From Pseudomonas aeruginosa (GTDB lineage Bacteria; Pseudomonadota; Gammaproteobacteria; Pseudomonadales; Pseudomonadaceae): a stretch of 32,000 nucleotides of DNA. The stretch is taken from positions 630,001-662,000 of the forward strand of contig NZ_LN831024.1 in the NCBI RefSeq assembly GCF_001457615.1, read 5' to 3'. Positions within the stretch are counted from its first letter, which is position 1. Each line of letters begins with the position of its first letter. Positions 1 through 9,845 of the stretch are shown here, piece after piece. The notes under the pieces were generated by a model. The model saw only the letters and a program-made list of their open reading frames with translations, made no database searches and had not been told where the DNA came from. The position numbers and the translations under genes are program-made.

Positions 1-2
1 AT

Positions 3-308
3 GGCCGCTATGCGCCAGAGCGCAAGGGGCTGCCGCTGGATATCGACGTGCTGTTCTACGGCGACCTGGTGGGCGATTTCGATGGCCTGGTGCTGCCGCG
101 CGCCGAAGTGCTGAAGAACGCTTTCGTGCTCTGGCCCTTGTCCGAGCTGGCGCCGAACCTGGAGCATCCGGTCGCCCGCCAGCCGCTGGGCGATCTCTGG
201 CGCGAGACGAGGATCCAGCAGAAGCTCTGGCCGGCGCCATTCGAATGGCGTGGCCAGGCGTTGACTCCCGAAGCGCTGCTTCAGGCCTTTCCGCGTTCTT
301 CCTTGTAG
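3..308 (+). CDS. folK: 2-amino-4-hydroxy-6-hydroxymethyldihydropteridine pyrophosphokinase-like protein, 3' portion (5' end outside window)
   Basis: Frame is open from the window edge: [52 protein letters not shown], which matches the HPPK C-terminal pattern (R..(L)DLDLL.yG ... HP....R.FVL.PL.E..P...HP). The track ORF 48..308 starts at an internal GTG. Confidence 0.85.
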   Translation, partial: GRYAPERKGLPLDIDVLFYGDLVGDFDGLVLPRAEVLKNAFVLWPLSELAPNLEHPVARQPLGDLWRETRIQQKLWPAPFEWRGQALTPEALLQAFPRSSL

Positions 309-1513
309 GCCTTGAGTGCGGCGAGGCGCGCACGCTTCAGCGCCTCGCCCAGTTCCGCGCCCTTCAAGCCCTTTTCCACCAGCGGCTTCACGCTGACTGC
401 CCGCGCTGCCTGCGCCGCGCCGAGCAGGTAGGCGGCCTGCGGATAGTCCCGCTGTTCCAGGCCGAGGCGGCCGCGCGCGTCCATCTCGCTGGCGGCGACG
501 AACTCCTCGAAACGCTGCGGGCGGCGATACACGTCGAAGCTCTGCAACAGCTCCAGCAGTGTATTCGGGCGCAGCTCCAGCGCCCGATGGGCGTGGGTGT
601 GGTACTCGCCCACCAGGCGCGCCAGTTCCTGGCAGTCGCGCGGCACCCTGAAGCGCTGGTTCACCGCATCGATCAACGGCACGCCGCGGGCCTCGTGGGC
701 GATATGGCGGGGCCAGTCCGCTTCGCTGGTGAGTCCCTTGCCCAGGTCGTGCAGCAGGCAGGCCCAGCGTACGCTGAGCGGCTGCCGGTGGCGGGCGCAT
801 TGCTGCAATACCGACAGGACATGGACGCCGGTATCGATTTCCGGATGGTGGGCCGCCGGCTGCGGTACGCCGAATAGCGCCTCGACTTCCGGGATCAGTT
901 CGGCCAGGGCGCCGCAGTCGTGCAGGACCTGGATGAAGACCTCGGGGTTGGGTTCCATCAGGGCTCGGGAAATTTCCTTCCAACTGCGCTCCGGGGTCAG
1001 CGCCTGCAACTCGCCGGATTCCGCCAGTTGGCGCATCAGGGCGAGGGTTTCGGCGGCGACCCGGAAGCCCAGGCCGGCGTAGCGGGCGGCGAAGCGCGCT
1101 ACGCGCAGGACCCGCAGGGGATCCTCGGCGAACGCCGGGGAAACGTGACGCAGCAGGCGCGCCTCGAGGTCGGCCTGGCCGCCGTAGGGGTCTATTACCC
1201 GGCCCTGTTCGTCCTCGGCCATGGCGTTGATGGTCAGGTCACGGCGAGTCAGGTCTTCCTCCAGGGTCACCTCGGGGCTGGCATGGAAGGTGAAGCCGCC
1301 GTAGCCGCGCCCGCTCTTTCGCTCGGTGCGCGCCAGGGCGTATTCCTCGCCGCTCTGCGGATGAAGGAAGACCGGGAAGTCGGCGCCCACCGGGCGGTAG
1401 CCGCGGGCGAGCATCTCGTCGCTGCTGGCACCGACCACCACCCAGTCGATATCGGTGACCGGACGGCCGAGAAGGCGATCGCGCACGGCGCCGCCGACCT
1501 TGTAAATCTGCAT
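281..1513 (-). CDS. cca: Multifunctional CCA tRNA nucleotidyltransferase / phosphohydrolase
   Basis: 410 aa, [29 protein letters not shown] (class II CCA NTase head domain) and an HD domain '[14 protein letters not shown]'. Overlaps the convergent folK-like 3' end by 28 nt. Confidence 0.97.
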   Translation of the reverse strand: MQIYKVGGAVRDRLLGRPVTDIDWVVVGASSDEMLARGYRPVGADFPVFLHPQSGEEYALARTERKSGRGYGGFTFHASPEVTLEEDLTRRDLTINAMAEDEQGRVIDPYGGQADLEARLLRHVSPAFAEDPLRVLRVARFAARYAGLGFRVAAETLALMRQLAESGELQALTPERSWKEISRALMEPNPEVFIQVLHDCGALAELIPEVEALFGVPQPAAHHPEIDTGVHVLSVLQQCARHRQPLSVRWACLLHDLGKGLTSEADWPRHIAHEARGVPLIDAVNQRFRVPRDCQELARLVGEYHTHAHRALELRPNTLLELLQSFDVYRRPQRFEEFVAASEMDARGRLGLEQRDYPQAAYLLGAAQAARAVSVKPLVEKGLKGAELGEALKRARLAALKAYKEERGKA

Positions 1514-1556
1514 GGGAATCCTCCGCGTGATAGGCGGAAGTCTACCCCAGGGTGTC

Positions 1557-2063
1557 CTAGCGGGCGCGTGGAAGCAGCCGGAGCAGGGCGCCGACCGCCA
1601 GTTCGAGCTGTTCCGGATTGGCCCTGGCGGGGCTGAGGCCGGTGCTTACCATACCTTCCCAGAGAACGCGCTCCTCCAGGTCGACCAGGCGCACGCGCAA
1701 TGTCCCGGTTTCGTCGCGCAGGCTGTGGATCGCCAGATAAGGCCCCATGCCGGAGGTGGGCGGAAGGTCGGGGCGGAATTCCAGCGGTGCGTCGCGTAGC
1801 GCCAGCCAGTAGTAGACGCGGAATTGCGGGGTAGCGCTCTCGTGGTAGCCGTGGGTCGCCAGTCCCTGGCGCAGCTCTGCGTTTATCAGCGGATAGCGGT
1901 TGCGGTAGGGCAGGGCGTCGACCGCCTGTTCCGGCGGCATCAACTGGAAACCTTGCAGGCCGGGCAGTCCGGCGCTGGCCGGATGGGTCACCCGGGCGCT
2001 GGGGATGTGGCTGGCGCAGGTGGCCAGGACGAGGCAGAGCAGGACGATGGCGAACAGGCGCAT
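1557..2063 (-). CDS. Putative lipoprotein, DUF4136-like
   Basis: 168 aa, signal peptide with lipobox-like [16 protein letters not shown]. '[29 protein letters not shown]' and '[18 protein letters not shown]' resemble the DUF4136 architecture. Confidence 0.7.
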   Translation of the reverse strand: MRLFAIVLLCLVLATCASHIPSARVTHPASAGLPGLQGFQLMPPEQAVDALPYRNRYPLINAELRQGLATHGYHESATPQFRVYYWLALRDAPLEFRPDLPPTSGMGPYLAIHSLRDETGTLRVRLVDLEERVLWEGMVSTGLSPARANPEQLELAVGALLRLLPRAR

Positions 2064-2107
2064 GGCGGCTCCCGTGGACGGCCGGCTTCTTGTTCTGCTG
2101 TGGGCGG

Positions 2108-2141
2108 CCCGACCGTGCCGGCATGCTGGCCGGCGGTCGGG
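2108..2141 (-). terminator. GC-rich hairpin downstream of the spoVR-like gene (no T tract)
   Basis: CCCGACCG(2108-2115)/CGGTCGGG(2134-2141) plus inner CCGGC(2118-2122)/GCCGG(2129-2133). Lies in the 93-nt gap between the spoVR stop and the next start. Confidence 0.4.
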
Positions 2142-2156
2142 GCGGACGTCAACCGA

Positions 2157-3710
2157 TCAAATGGGCGGGATGATCAGGTCCAAACGCGGGTAGCCTTCCT
2201 CGCCCTCGCTGGCGCCCTTGGGCGGCATGTGGTGGGTCTGCACGAGCTGGTCGCCCTGTAGGGTCTCCAGGTGGATATCGAAGCCCCACAAGCGATGCAG
2301 GTGCTTGAGCACGTCGGCGGTGGAATCGCTCAGCGGCTGGCGGTCGAACTGCTGGTGGCGCAGGGTCAGCGAGCGGTCGCCGCGACGGTCGACGTTCCAG
2401 ATCTGGATGTTCGGCTCGCGGTTGCCGAGGTTGTACTGCGCCGCCAGGGTCTCGCGGATGGTGCGGTAGCCGGCTTCGTCGTGGATCGCCGCGACCAGCA
2501 GGTCGTCCTTCTGGTCGTCGTCGAGAATGCTGAACAGCTTCAGGTCGCGAATCACCTTGGGCGAGAGGAACTGCAGGATGAAGCTTTCGTCCTTGAAGCT
2601 CTTCATGGCGAACTTCAGCGTGGCCAGCCAGTCGCTGCCGGCGATATCCGGGAACCAGCGGCGGTCCTCGTCGGTAGGTTCCTCGCAGATGCGGCGGATG
2701 TCGCGGTACATGGCGAAGCCCAGGGCGTAGGGGTTGATGCCGCTGTAGTAGGGGCTGTCGAAGGACGGCTGGTAGACCACGCTGGTGTGGTATTGCAGGA
2801 ACTCCATCATGAAGCCGTCGTTGACCAGGCCTTCGTCGTAGAGGTCGTTGAGCAGCGTGTAGTGCCAGAAGGTCGCCCAGCCTTCGTTCATCACCTGGGT
2901 CTGGCGTTGCGGGTAGAAATACTGGGCGATCTTGCGCACGATGCGGATCACCTCGCGCTGCCAGGGCTCCAGAAGCGGCGCGTTCTTCTCGATGAAGTAG
3001 AGGATGTTCTCCTGCGGCTCGCTCGGATAGCGCGCCATGGATTGTTCCTTGTCCTTGCCGCCGACGCGCGGGATGGTCCGCCAGAGGTCGTTGACCTGGC
3101 GCTGGATCAGTTCCTCGCGCTCCTTCTGCCGCTGCCGCTCCTCTTCCGCGGAAATCGGGTAGGGACGCTTGTAGCGGTCGACACCGTAGTTCATCAGGGC
3201 GTGGCAGGAGTCGAGCAGGTCTTCCACCGCGTCGATCCCGTAGCGCTCCTCGCACTGCATGATGTACTGCTTGGCGAACACCAGGTAATCGATGATCGAA
3301 CTGGCATCGGTCCAGGTGCGGAACAGGTAGTTGCCCTTGAAGAAACTGTTGTGCCCGTAGCAGGCGTGGGCGATCACCAGCGCCTGCATGCACTGGGTGT
3401 TTTCCTCCATCAGGTAGGCGATGCAGGGGTCGGAGTTGATCACGATCTCGTAGGCCAGGCCCATCTGGCCACGCTTGTAGTTCTTTTCCGTGCTGAGGAA
3501 GTGCTTGCCGTAGGACCAGTGGTTATAGCCGATCGGCATGCCCACCGAGGCGTAGGCGTCCATCATCTGCTCGGCGGTGATCACCTCGATCTGGTTCGGA
3601 TAGGTATCCAGGGCATAGCGCTCGGCGATCCTGCTGATTTCCCGGTCGTACTGCTGGATCAGCTCGAAGGTCCATTCCGAGCCGGTGGCGATGGGCTGGC
3701 GCTTGCTCAT
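2157..3710 (-). CDS. SpoVR/YcgB family protein
   Basis: 517 aa from [25 protein letters not shown]. SpoVR family hallmarks '[31 protein letters not shown]', '[13 protein letters not shown]', '[10 protein letters not shown]'. The track start at 3977 is an upstream extension inside yeaH. Confidence 0.95.
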
Positions 3711-4978
3711 GCGACGAGCCTCCTCTGGAACAGCTCGCGGAACACCGGGTAGATGTCCGATGCCGAGACGATCTGCTGCTGGGCGAAGCTGTCTTCGAAG
3801 GCTTCGCGCACGCGCTCGTACTCGAACCACAGGGCCTGGTGTTCGCGCGGGGTGATCTCGACGTAGGTGTAGTACTGGACGAACGGCATGATCTGCTTGA
3901 GGAGGATGTCCCGGCACACCGGCGAGTCGTCGTTCCAGTTGTCGCCGTCCGAGGCCTGGGCGGCGTAGATGTTCCACTCATGGGTCGGATAGCGCTCGGC
4001 CATGATCTCCTGCATCATCTTCAGCGCGCTGGAGACGATGGTGCCGCCGGTCTCGCGGGAGTAGAAGAACTCCTCCTCGTCGACCTCGCGGGCGCTGGTG
4101 TGGTGGCGGATGAACACCACTTCGATCTTCTCGTAGTTCCGCTTGAGGAACAGGTAGAGCAGGATGAAGAAGCGCTTGGCGATGTCCTTGGTCGCCTGGG
4201 TCATCGAGCCGGAGACGTCCATCAGGCAGAACATCACCGCCTTGGAGGTGGGGTTGGGCTGCTTGACCAGCAGGTTGTACTTGAGATCGAAGGTATCGAG
4301 GAACGGCACCCGGTCGATGCGCGCGCGGAGCTTGGCGATTTCCAGCTCGAGTTCCTGGATATCGCCGAGGTTGTCCGGCTCTTCGCGCTTGATCCGCTCC
4401 AGTTCCTTCAGCGCCGCGCGCAGCTTGGCCCGGCTGCCGCCGGACAGCGCGATGCGCCGCGCATGGGCCGAGCGCAGGGTGCGGACGATGTTGATGCGCG
4501 ACGGGTTGCCGTCGTTGCTGATGCCGGCGCGGACGGTCTTGAAGGTGTCGGTGCCGGTGATGTGGCGCTTGACCAGGTTGGGCAGCTCCAGGTCCTCGAA
4601 CATGAAGTCGAGGAATTCCTCCTGGGTGATCTGGAAGACGAAGTCGTCCATGCCTTCGCCGCTGTTGCTGGCCTTGCCGCCGCCGCGGCCGCCCCCGCCG
4701 CCGGATGGGCGGGCGATGTGCTCGCCGGCGGTGAATTCCTTGTTGCCGGGGTGGACGACGGTCTGCCGCCCGCCGCGGCCATGGTGCAGCACCGGTTCGT
4801 CGATATCGCGCCCGGGAATGCTGATCTGCTCGCCGTGCTCCATGTCGGTAATGGAGCGCCGGCTGACGGCCTCCTCGACGGCCTTCTTGATGTGTTCACG
4901 GTAGCGCCTCAGGAAGCGCTGGCGGTTCACCGTGCTCTTGTTCTTGCCGTTCAGACGCCGGTCGATGACGTAGCTCAT
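3707..4978 (-). CDS. YeaH/YhbH family VWA-domain protein
   Basis: 423 aa, [26 protein letters not shown]. Gly-rich segment '[13 protein letters not shown]', then VWA MIDAS '[12 protein letters not shown]'. 4-nt overlap with spoVR start. Confidence 0.95.
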
Positions 4979-5045
4979 GAATGCTCCTCAGGGCCTGTGG
5001 CGCCCCGCCGGAGCGGAGGCGCCGAGGTCCGAATGCGACGGCGAC

Positions 5046-5070
5046 CGGTACGGTCGCAGCGACCGTACCG
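5046..5070. repeat. Perfect inverted repeat (11-bp stem, 3-nt loop) between prkA-like and yeaH-like genes
   Basis: CGGTACGGTCG(5046-5056) CAG CGACCGTACCG(5060-5070), located in the 100-nt intercistronic gap. Confidence 0.9.
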
Positions 5071-5078
5071 ATGGCAGA

Positions 5079-7001
5079 CTACTGCGACTTGCGAACCCGC
5101 AGGTACCATTCCGACAGCAGGCGGACCTGCTTCTCGGTGTAGCCGCGCTCGACCATGCGTTTGACGAAGTCGTTGTGCTTCTGCTGGTCCTCCTTGCTGG
5201 CCTTGGCGTTGAAGCTGATGACCGGAAGCAGGTCCTCGGTGTTGGAGAACATCTTCTTCTCGATCACTACGCGCAGCTTCTCGTAGGACAGCCAGCTCGG
5301 ATTCTTGCCGTTGTTGCCGGCGCGGGCGCGCAGCACGAAGTTGACGATCTCGTTGCGGAAGTCCTTCGGGTTGCTGATGCCGGCGGGTTTCTCGATCTTC
5401 TCCAGTTCCTCGTTGAGGGCGGCGCGGTTGAGGATCTCGCCGGTTTCCGGGTCGCGGTATTCCTGGTCCTGGATCCAGAAGTCGGCGTACAGCACATAGC
5501 GGTCGAAGATGTTCTGACCGTATTCGCTGTAGGACTCCAGGTAGGCGGTCTGGATTTCCTTGCCGATGAACTCGACGTAGCGCGGCGCCAGGTATTCCTT
5601 GATGAAGCGCAGGTAGCGCTCGCGGGTTTCCGGCTGGAACTGTTCCTGCTCGATCTGCTGTTCGAGGACGTAGAGCAGGTGCACCGGGTTGGCCGCTACC
5701 TCGTGCGGGTCGAAGTTGAATACCTTGGAGAGGATCTTGAAGGCGAAGCGGGTGGAAAGCCCGGCCATGCCTTCGTCGACCCCGGCCGAGTCGCGGTATT
5801 CCTGGATCGACTTGGCCTTGGGATCGGTATCTTTCAGGTTTTCGCCGTCATATACCCGCATCTTCGAGTAGATATTCGAGTTTTCCGGCTCTTTCAGCCT
5901 CGACAGCACGGAGAACTGCGAGAGCATCTTCAGGGTGTCCGGCGCGCAGTGGGCATGCGCCAGCGAGCTGTTGACCAGCAACTTGTCGTAGATCTTGATC
6001 TCGTCCGCCACGCGCAGGCAGTACGGCACCTTGACGATGTAGATGCGGTCGATGAAGGCCTCGTTGTTCTTGTTGTTGCGGAAACTGTGCCATTCCGATT
6101 CGTTGGAGTGAGCCAGGATGATGCCGCTGTAGGGCAGGGCGCCGAGACCTTCGGTGCTGTTGTAGTTGCCTTCCTGGGTCGCGGTCAGCAGCGGGTGCAG
6201 GACCTTGATCGGGGCCTTGAACATCTCGACGAATTCCATCAGGCCCTGGTTGGCCCGGCAGAGGGCGCCCGAATAGCTGTAGGCGTCCGCGTCGTTCTGC
6301 GGGTATTCCTCCAGCTTGCGGATGTCGACCTTGCCGACCAGCGCGGATATGTCCTGGTTGTTCTCGTCGCCGGGCTCGGTCTTGGCGATGGCGATCTGGT
6401 TGAGGATCGAGGGGTACAGCTTGACCACGCGGAACTGGCTGATGTCGCCGCCGAACTCGTTGAGGCGCTTGGTTGCCCAGGGCGACATGATCGAGCGCAG
6501 GTAGCGCCTCGGGATGCCGTAGTCCTCCTCGAGGATGGCGCCGTCTTCGTCGGGGTTGAACAAGCCCAGCGGCGACTCGAAGACCGGTGAGCCCTTGATC
6601 GCGTAGAAGGGCACCTTCTCCATCAGTTGCTTGAGTTTTTCCGCCAGGGAGGATTTACCGCCGCCGACCGGGCCGAGCAGGTAAAGGATCTGCTTCTTCT
6701 CCTCCAGGCCCTGGGCCGCGTGGCGGAAGAACGCGACGATCTGGTCGATGCATTCCTCCATGCCGTGGAAGTCGGCGAACGCCGGGTAGCGGCGAATCAC
6801 CTTGTTGGAGAAGATCCGCGACAGCCTGGAGTCCACCGAGGTGTCCAGCAACTCCGGCTCGCCGATCGCCATCAGCAGGCGCTCGGCGGCGGAGGCATAG
6901 GCTGTCTTGTCTTGCTTGCAGAGGTCGAGATATTCCTGGAGGGAATATTCCTCTTGACGGGTCGCTTCGAAGCGTTCCTGGAAGTGACTGAAAATGCTCA
7001 T
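5079..7001 (-). CDS. prkA: PrkA/YeaG family AAA+ serine protein kinase
   Basis: 640 aa from MSIFSHFQERFEATRQEEYSLQEYL. Walker A 'LLGPVGGGKSSLAEKLK' and PrkA family sequence 'LFNPDEDG', 'NQGLMEFVEMFKAPIKVLHPLLTATQEGNY'. The track start at 7142 is an extension. Confidence 0.95.
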   Translation of the reverse strand: MSIFSHFQERFEATRQEEYSLQEYLDLCKQDKTAYASAAERLLMAIGEPELLDTSVDSRLSRIFSNKVIRRYPAFADFHGMEECIDQIVAFFRHAAQGLEEKKQILYLLGPVGGGKSSLAEKLKQLMEKVPFYAIKGSPVFESPLGLFNPDEDGAILEEDYGIPRRYLRSIMSPWATKRLNEFGGDISQFRVVKLYPSILNQIAIAKTEPGDENNQDISALVGKVDIRKLEEYPQNDADAYSYSGALCRANQGLMEFVEMFKAPIKVLHPLLTATQEGNYNSTEGLGALPYSGIILAHSNESEWHSFRNNKNNEAFIDRIYIVKVPYCLRVADEIKIYDKLLVNSSLAHAHCAPDTLKMLSQFSVLSRLKEPENSNIYSKMRVYDGENLKDTDPKAKSIQEYRDSAGVDEGMAGLSTRFAFKILSKVFNFDPHEVAANPVHLLYVLEQQIEQEQFQPETRERYLRFIKEYLAPRYVEFIGKEIQTAYLESYSEYGQNIFDRYVLYADFWIQDQEYRDPETGEILNRAALNEELEKIEKPAGISNPKDFRNEIVNFVLRARAGNNGKNPSWLSYEKLRVVIEKKMFSNTEDLLPVISFNAKASKEDQQKHNDFVKRMVERGYTEKQVRLLSEWYLRVRKSQ

Positions 7002-7279
7002 GACGTCTCCTCGCTCGATGCAGTGAGCCGGCGCGGGATCGGTCGTGCGGGTGCGGGGGGGCCGCCAGCCAGGCCGGCGAGAATCCCCCAGACTCCGTCG
7101 CTGCACGGTGCTTCCCTTTCCGCCAGCGCTCCTAACGGTCACAGCCGATGGCCCGGAAGCCGGTGTGCCGGCTCTCCCCTGTTTTGGATGGCCTGAGGAA
7201 AAGAATAGTTCGTTCTGGACGGAGTAAAGGAAGAAAGGCGAGAGAAGTTACAGTTTTTTTGGCGGGGTAGCGGCGCGGC

Positions 7280-7612
7280 CTACTCCGCTTCGCCGCTGCT
7301 GGTATCCGCGGGATAGACGCTGCGCCATAGCTCGAAGCCGCCGTCGAGGCTGTAGACGTCGCTGAAGCCCTGCTGGATGAAATAGGCGGCGGCGCTCTGG
7401 CTGGAGTTACCGTGGTAGCAGACCACCACCAGCGGAGCGTCGAGGTCGGCGGCGGCGATGAAGTCCGCCACCGAGTGGTTGTCGATGTGCCGCGAGCCGC
7501 TGATGTGGCCGACAGCGAAGCTCTGCGGGTCGCGGATGTCGACCACCTGGGCGCCGTTTTCGCGGAGCTGGCGGGCCTGTTCGGGGGCGATGCGCTGGAA
7601 GGTGTCGCTCAT
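7280..7612 (-). CDS. glpE: Thiosulfate sulfurtransferase (single-domain rhodanese) GlpE
   Basis: 110 aa, rhodanese active-site loop '[14 protein letters not shown]' and '[24 protein letters not shown]'. Confidence 0.93.
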   Translation of the reverse strand: MSDTFQRIAPEQARQLRENGAQVVDIRDPQSFAVGHISGSRHIDNHSVADFIAAADLDAPLVVVCYHGNSSQSAAAYFIQQGFSDVYSLDGGFELWRSVYPADTSSGEAE

Positions 7613-7655
7613 GTCGGGGTACCTGTGTACAGGGCGTCCACCGGACGCCGGGGAT

Positions 7656-8507
7656 TCATGCGGGCGTGGCGGCGGGTCTGGCCGGCGCGCGCTGTTCGGC
7701 GCAATCGCAGCTCAGGCGTTCGCCGCTGTCGACGTTCAGCAGGGTCATCCGCGCGCCCCAGACGCAGCCGGTGTCCAGGGCGAACAGGCCGGGCTCGTCG
7801 CAGTGGCCTTCGAGGGCCGCCCAGTGGCCGAAGATGATCTTCTCGCCGCGGGTCTTGCGCGAAGGGAAGCTGAACCAGGGGGCGTAGCCGGGCGGCGCGG
7901 TGTCGAGGCCTTCCTTGCTCTTCAGGTCGAGCTTGCCATCTTCGGTGCAGAAACGCATGCGGGTGAAGTAGTTGGTGATCACCCTCAGGCGGTCGATGCC
8001 ATGCAGCTTCTTGTCCCACTTGGCCGGTTCGTTGCCGTACATGCCGTCGAGGAACAGCGGCAGGCGCTGGTCGTCGCGCAATGCTTGCTCCACCTCGGCT
8101 GCGCGCAGGCGGGCTTTTTCCAGGCTCCACTGCGGGGGGATGCCGGCATGCACCAGGGCGACCTTGCGTTGTTCGTCGTAGTGCAGCAGCGGCAGGCGAC
8201 GCAGCCAGTCGAGCAGTGGCTCGCGGTCCGGCGCCTCGAGGATTTCCCGCAGCGTGTCGGACTTCTTCAGGCGCTCGGACTTGTGCGCCACCGCCAGCAG
8301 GTGCAGGTCGTGGTTGCCCAGGACGCTGACCACCGACTCGCGCATGGCATAGAGGAAGCGCAGCGTCTCCAGGGACTGCGGGCCGCGGTTGACCAGGTCG
8401 CCGACCAGCCACAGGCGGTCCTTGGCCGGGTCGAAGGCGACGCGCTCCAGCAGGCATTTCAGGGGATCCAGGCAACCCTGCAGGTCGCCTACCGCGTAGA
8501 CCGCCAT
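7656..8507 (-). CDS. apaH: Diadenosine tetraphosphatase (symmetrical)
   Basis: 283 aa, '[20 protein letters not shown]', '[16 protein letters not shown]', '[11 protein letters not shown]' (metallophosphatase motifs). Confidence 0.97.
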
Positions 8508-8887
8508 CAGTGCAGCGCTCCCGGTACGGCCAGGCGAAACACCGGGATCGCGGCGTCGAAGGCGATTCCGTCGCTGCCGAGCATCTGGTAGCTGCCGCGC
8601 ATGCTGCCGACCCGGGTCGCCAGCACCGTGCCGCTGGTGTAGGTGTGTTGCGCGCCGGGGGCGATCAGCGGTTGCTCGCCGACCACGCCGGCGCCGCGAA
8701 CTTCCTGGGTACGGCCGTCGCCGTCGGTGATGATCCAGTGGCGCGACAGCAGTTGGGCCGGAACCTCGCCCTGGTTCTCGATGGTCACCGTGTAGGCGAA
8801 GGCGAAACGGTTCTGCTCCGGGGCGGACTGTTCCGGAAGGTAGCGGGTGTCGACCCTGACGTTGACCTGGTGCTGGGTATCGCTCAT
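8507..8887 (-). CDS. apaG: ApaG protein
   Basis: 126 aa, '[57 protein letters not shown]'. 1-nt overlap with apaH. Confidence 0.96.
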
Positions 8888-8923
8888 ACGGCTTGCCTGA
8901 TTCCTGACGAGTGTCTCACCAGA

Positions 8924-9730
8924 CTAACGATTGCCTGGCAGCTCGGCCAGCCGGTTGGCCAGGCGGACGAATGCGGCCAGGTCGAGTTGTTCGGGACGGA
9001 GGGTCGGATCGACCTCTGCGGCCTCGATGTCCTCGACGCTCAGGAGAGGCTTGAGGGTGTTGCGCAGGGTCTTGCGGCGCTGGTTGAAGGCCTCGCGGAC
9101 CACCCGCTCGAGCAGTTTCGGATCGCGTGCCGGATGGGGCGGCTCGGCGAAGGGGGTGAGACGGACGATGGCCGAGTCGACCTTGGGCGGCGGGTTGAAC
9201 GCGCCGGGGCCGACGTTGAACAGGTGCTCCACCCGACAGTGATACTGGACCATGATCGAGAGCCGGCCCCAGTCTCCGCCGCCCGGCGTGGCCGCCAGGC
9301 GCTCCACCACTTCCTTTTGCAGCATGAAGTGCATGTCCTCGATCACCGGCGCGTGCTCCAGCAGATGGAAGATCAGTGGCGTGGAGATGTTGTAGGGCAG
9401 GTTGCCGACCACTCGCAGCTTCTCGCCGCTCTCCACCAGCGAGGCGAAATCGAACTTGAGGGCGTCGCCCTGGTGCAGGCTGAAGCGCGACTCGAGGCCG
9501 AATTTCAGCTTCAACAGGGGGATCAGGTCCTGGTCGAGCTCGATCACGTCCAGGCGTGCGCCGCTGCCCAGCAGTCCCTCGGTCAGGGCGCCCTGGCCCG
9601 GGCCGATCTCCAGCAGGCGCTGACCCTCGCGGGCATGGATGGCACGGAGGATGCGGTGAATCACCCCGGCATCGTGCAGGAAGTTCTGGCCGAAGCGCTT
9701 GCGCGCGCGGTGTTGGTAAAGCTCGGACAT
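8924..9730 (-). CDS. rsmA: 16S rRNA (adenine1518-N6/adenine1519-N6) dimethyltransferase
   Basis: 268 aa, 'ARKRFGQNFLHDAGVIHRIL..LLEIGPGQGALTEGLL', 'VVGNLPYNISTPLIFHLL' (KsgA). Confidence 0.97.
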   Translation of the reverse strand: MSELYQHRARKRFGQNFLHDAGVIHRILRAIHAREGQRLLEIGPGQGALTEGLLGSGARLDVIELDQDLIPLLKLKFGLESRFSLHQGDALKFDFASLVESGEKLRVVGNLPYNISTPLIFHLLEHAPVIEDMHFMLQKEVVERLAATPGGGDWGRLSIMVQYHCRVEHLFNVGPGAFNPPPKVDSAIVRLTPFAEPPHPARDPKLLERVVREAFNQRRKTLRNTLKPLLSVEDIEAAEVDPTLRPEQLDLAAFVRLANRLAELPGNR

Positions 9731-9845
9731 TGGAAACGGTTCCAGGCTGCGGGCCCCAGGCCAAGGCGGGAGGCGCGGATGCGAAAGGGCGCCATTTTAA
9801 CAGCGAAGCGTCGGGCCGGCAGGGCTAAACGATGGCCGACCGCCG

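Noticed and set aside
2149-3393. Minus-strand 414-aa ORF in an alternative frame of spoVR
   Set aside because: Arg/Pro/Ala-rich out-of-frame translation; SpoVR frame is the supported one.
2271-3752. Plus-strand ORF (493 aa) antisense to spoVR
   Set aside because: Shadow ORF of a strongly supported CDS; no family features.
3711-3977. N-terminal extension of the spoVR ORF in the track
   Set aside because: The extension lies within the yeaH coding sequence and is out-of-frame-like sequence. [13 protein letters not shown] at 3710 fits the family start and gives the usual ATGA overlap.
3839-5164. Large plus-strand ORF (441 aa) antisense to yeaH
   Set aside because: Rich in repeated Asp/Val/Leu/Gly composition typical of third-position GC bias in the antisense frame of a GC-rich CDS. 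The opposite strand has clear VWA-protein homology.
4977-6590. Plus-strand ORF (537 aa) antisense to prkA
   Set aside because: Antisense shadow ORF; compositional artefact with no recognisable motif. Opposite strand encodes PrkA.
7002-7142. N-terminal extension of prkA in the track
   Set aside because: Low-complexity R/P/T-rich stretch; family proteins begin near MSIFSHFQERFE at 7001.
7129-7260. Possible RpoS/AlgU promoter for the prkA operon (CTATTC-like and AACTT-like boxes on the minus strand)
   Set aside because: No pair of -35/-10 elements with correct spacing and sequence was convincing. A mapped TSS would be needed.
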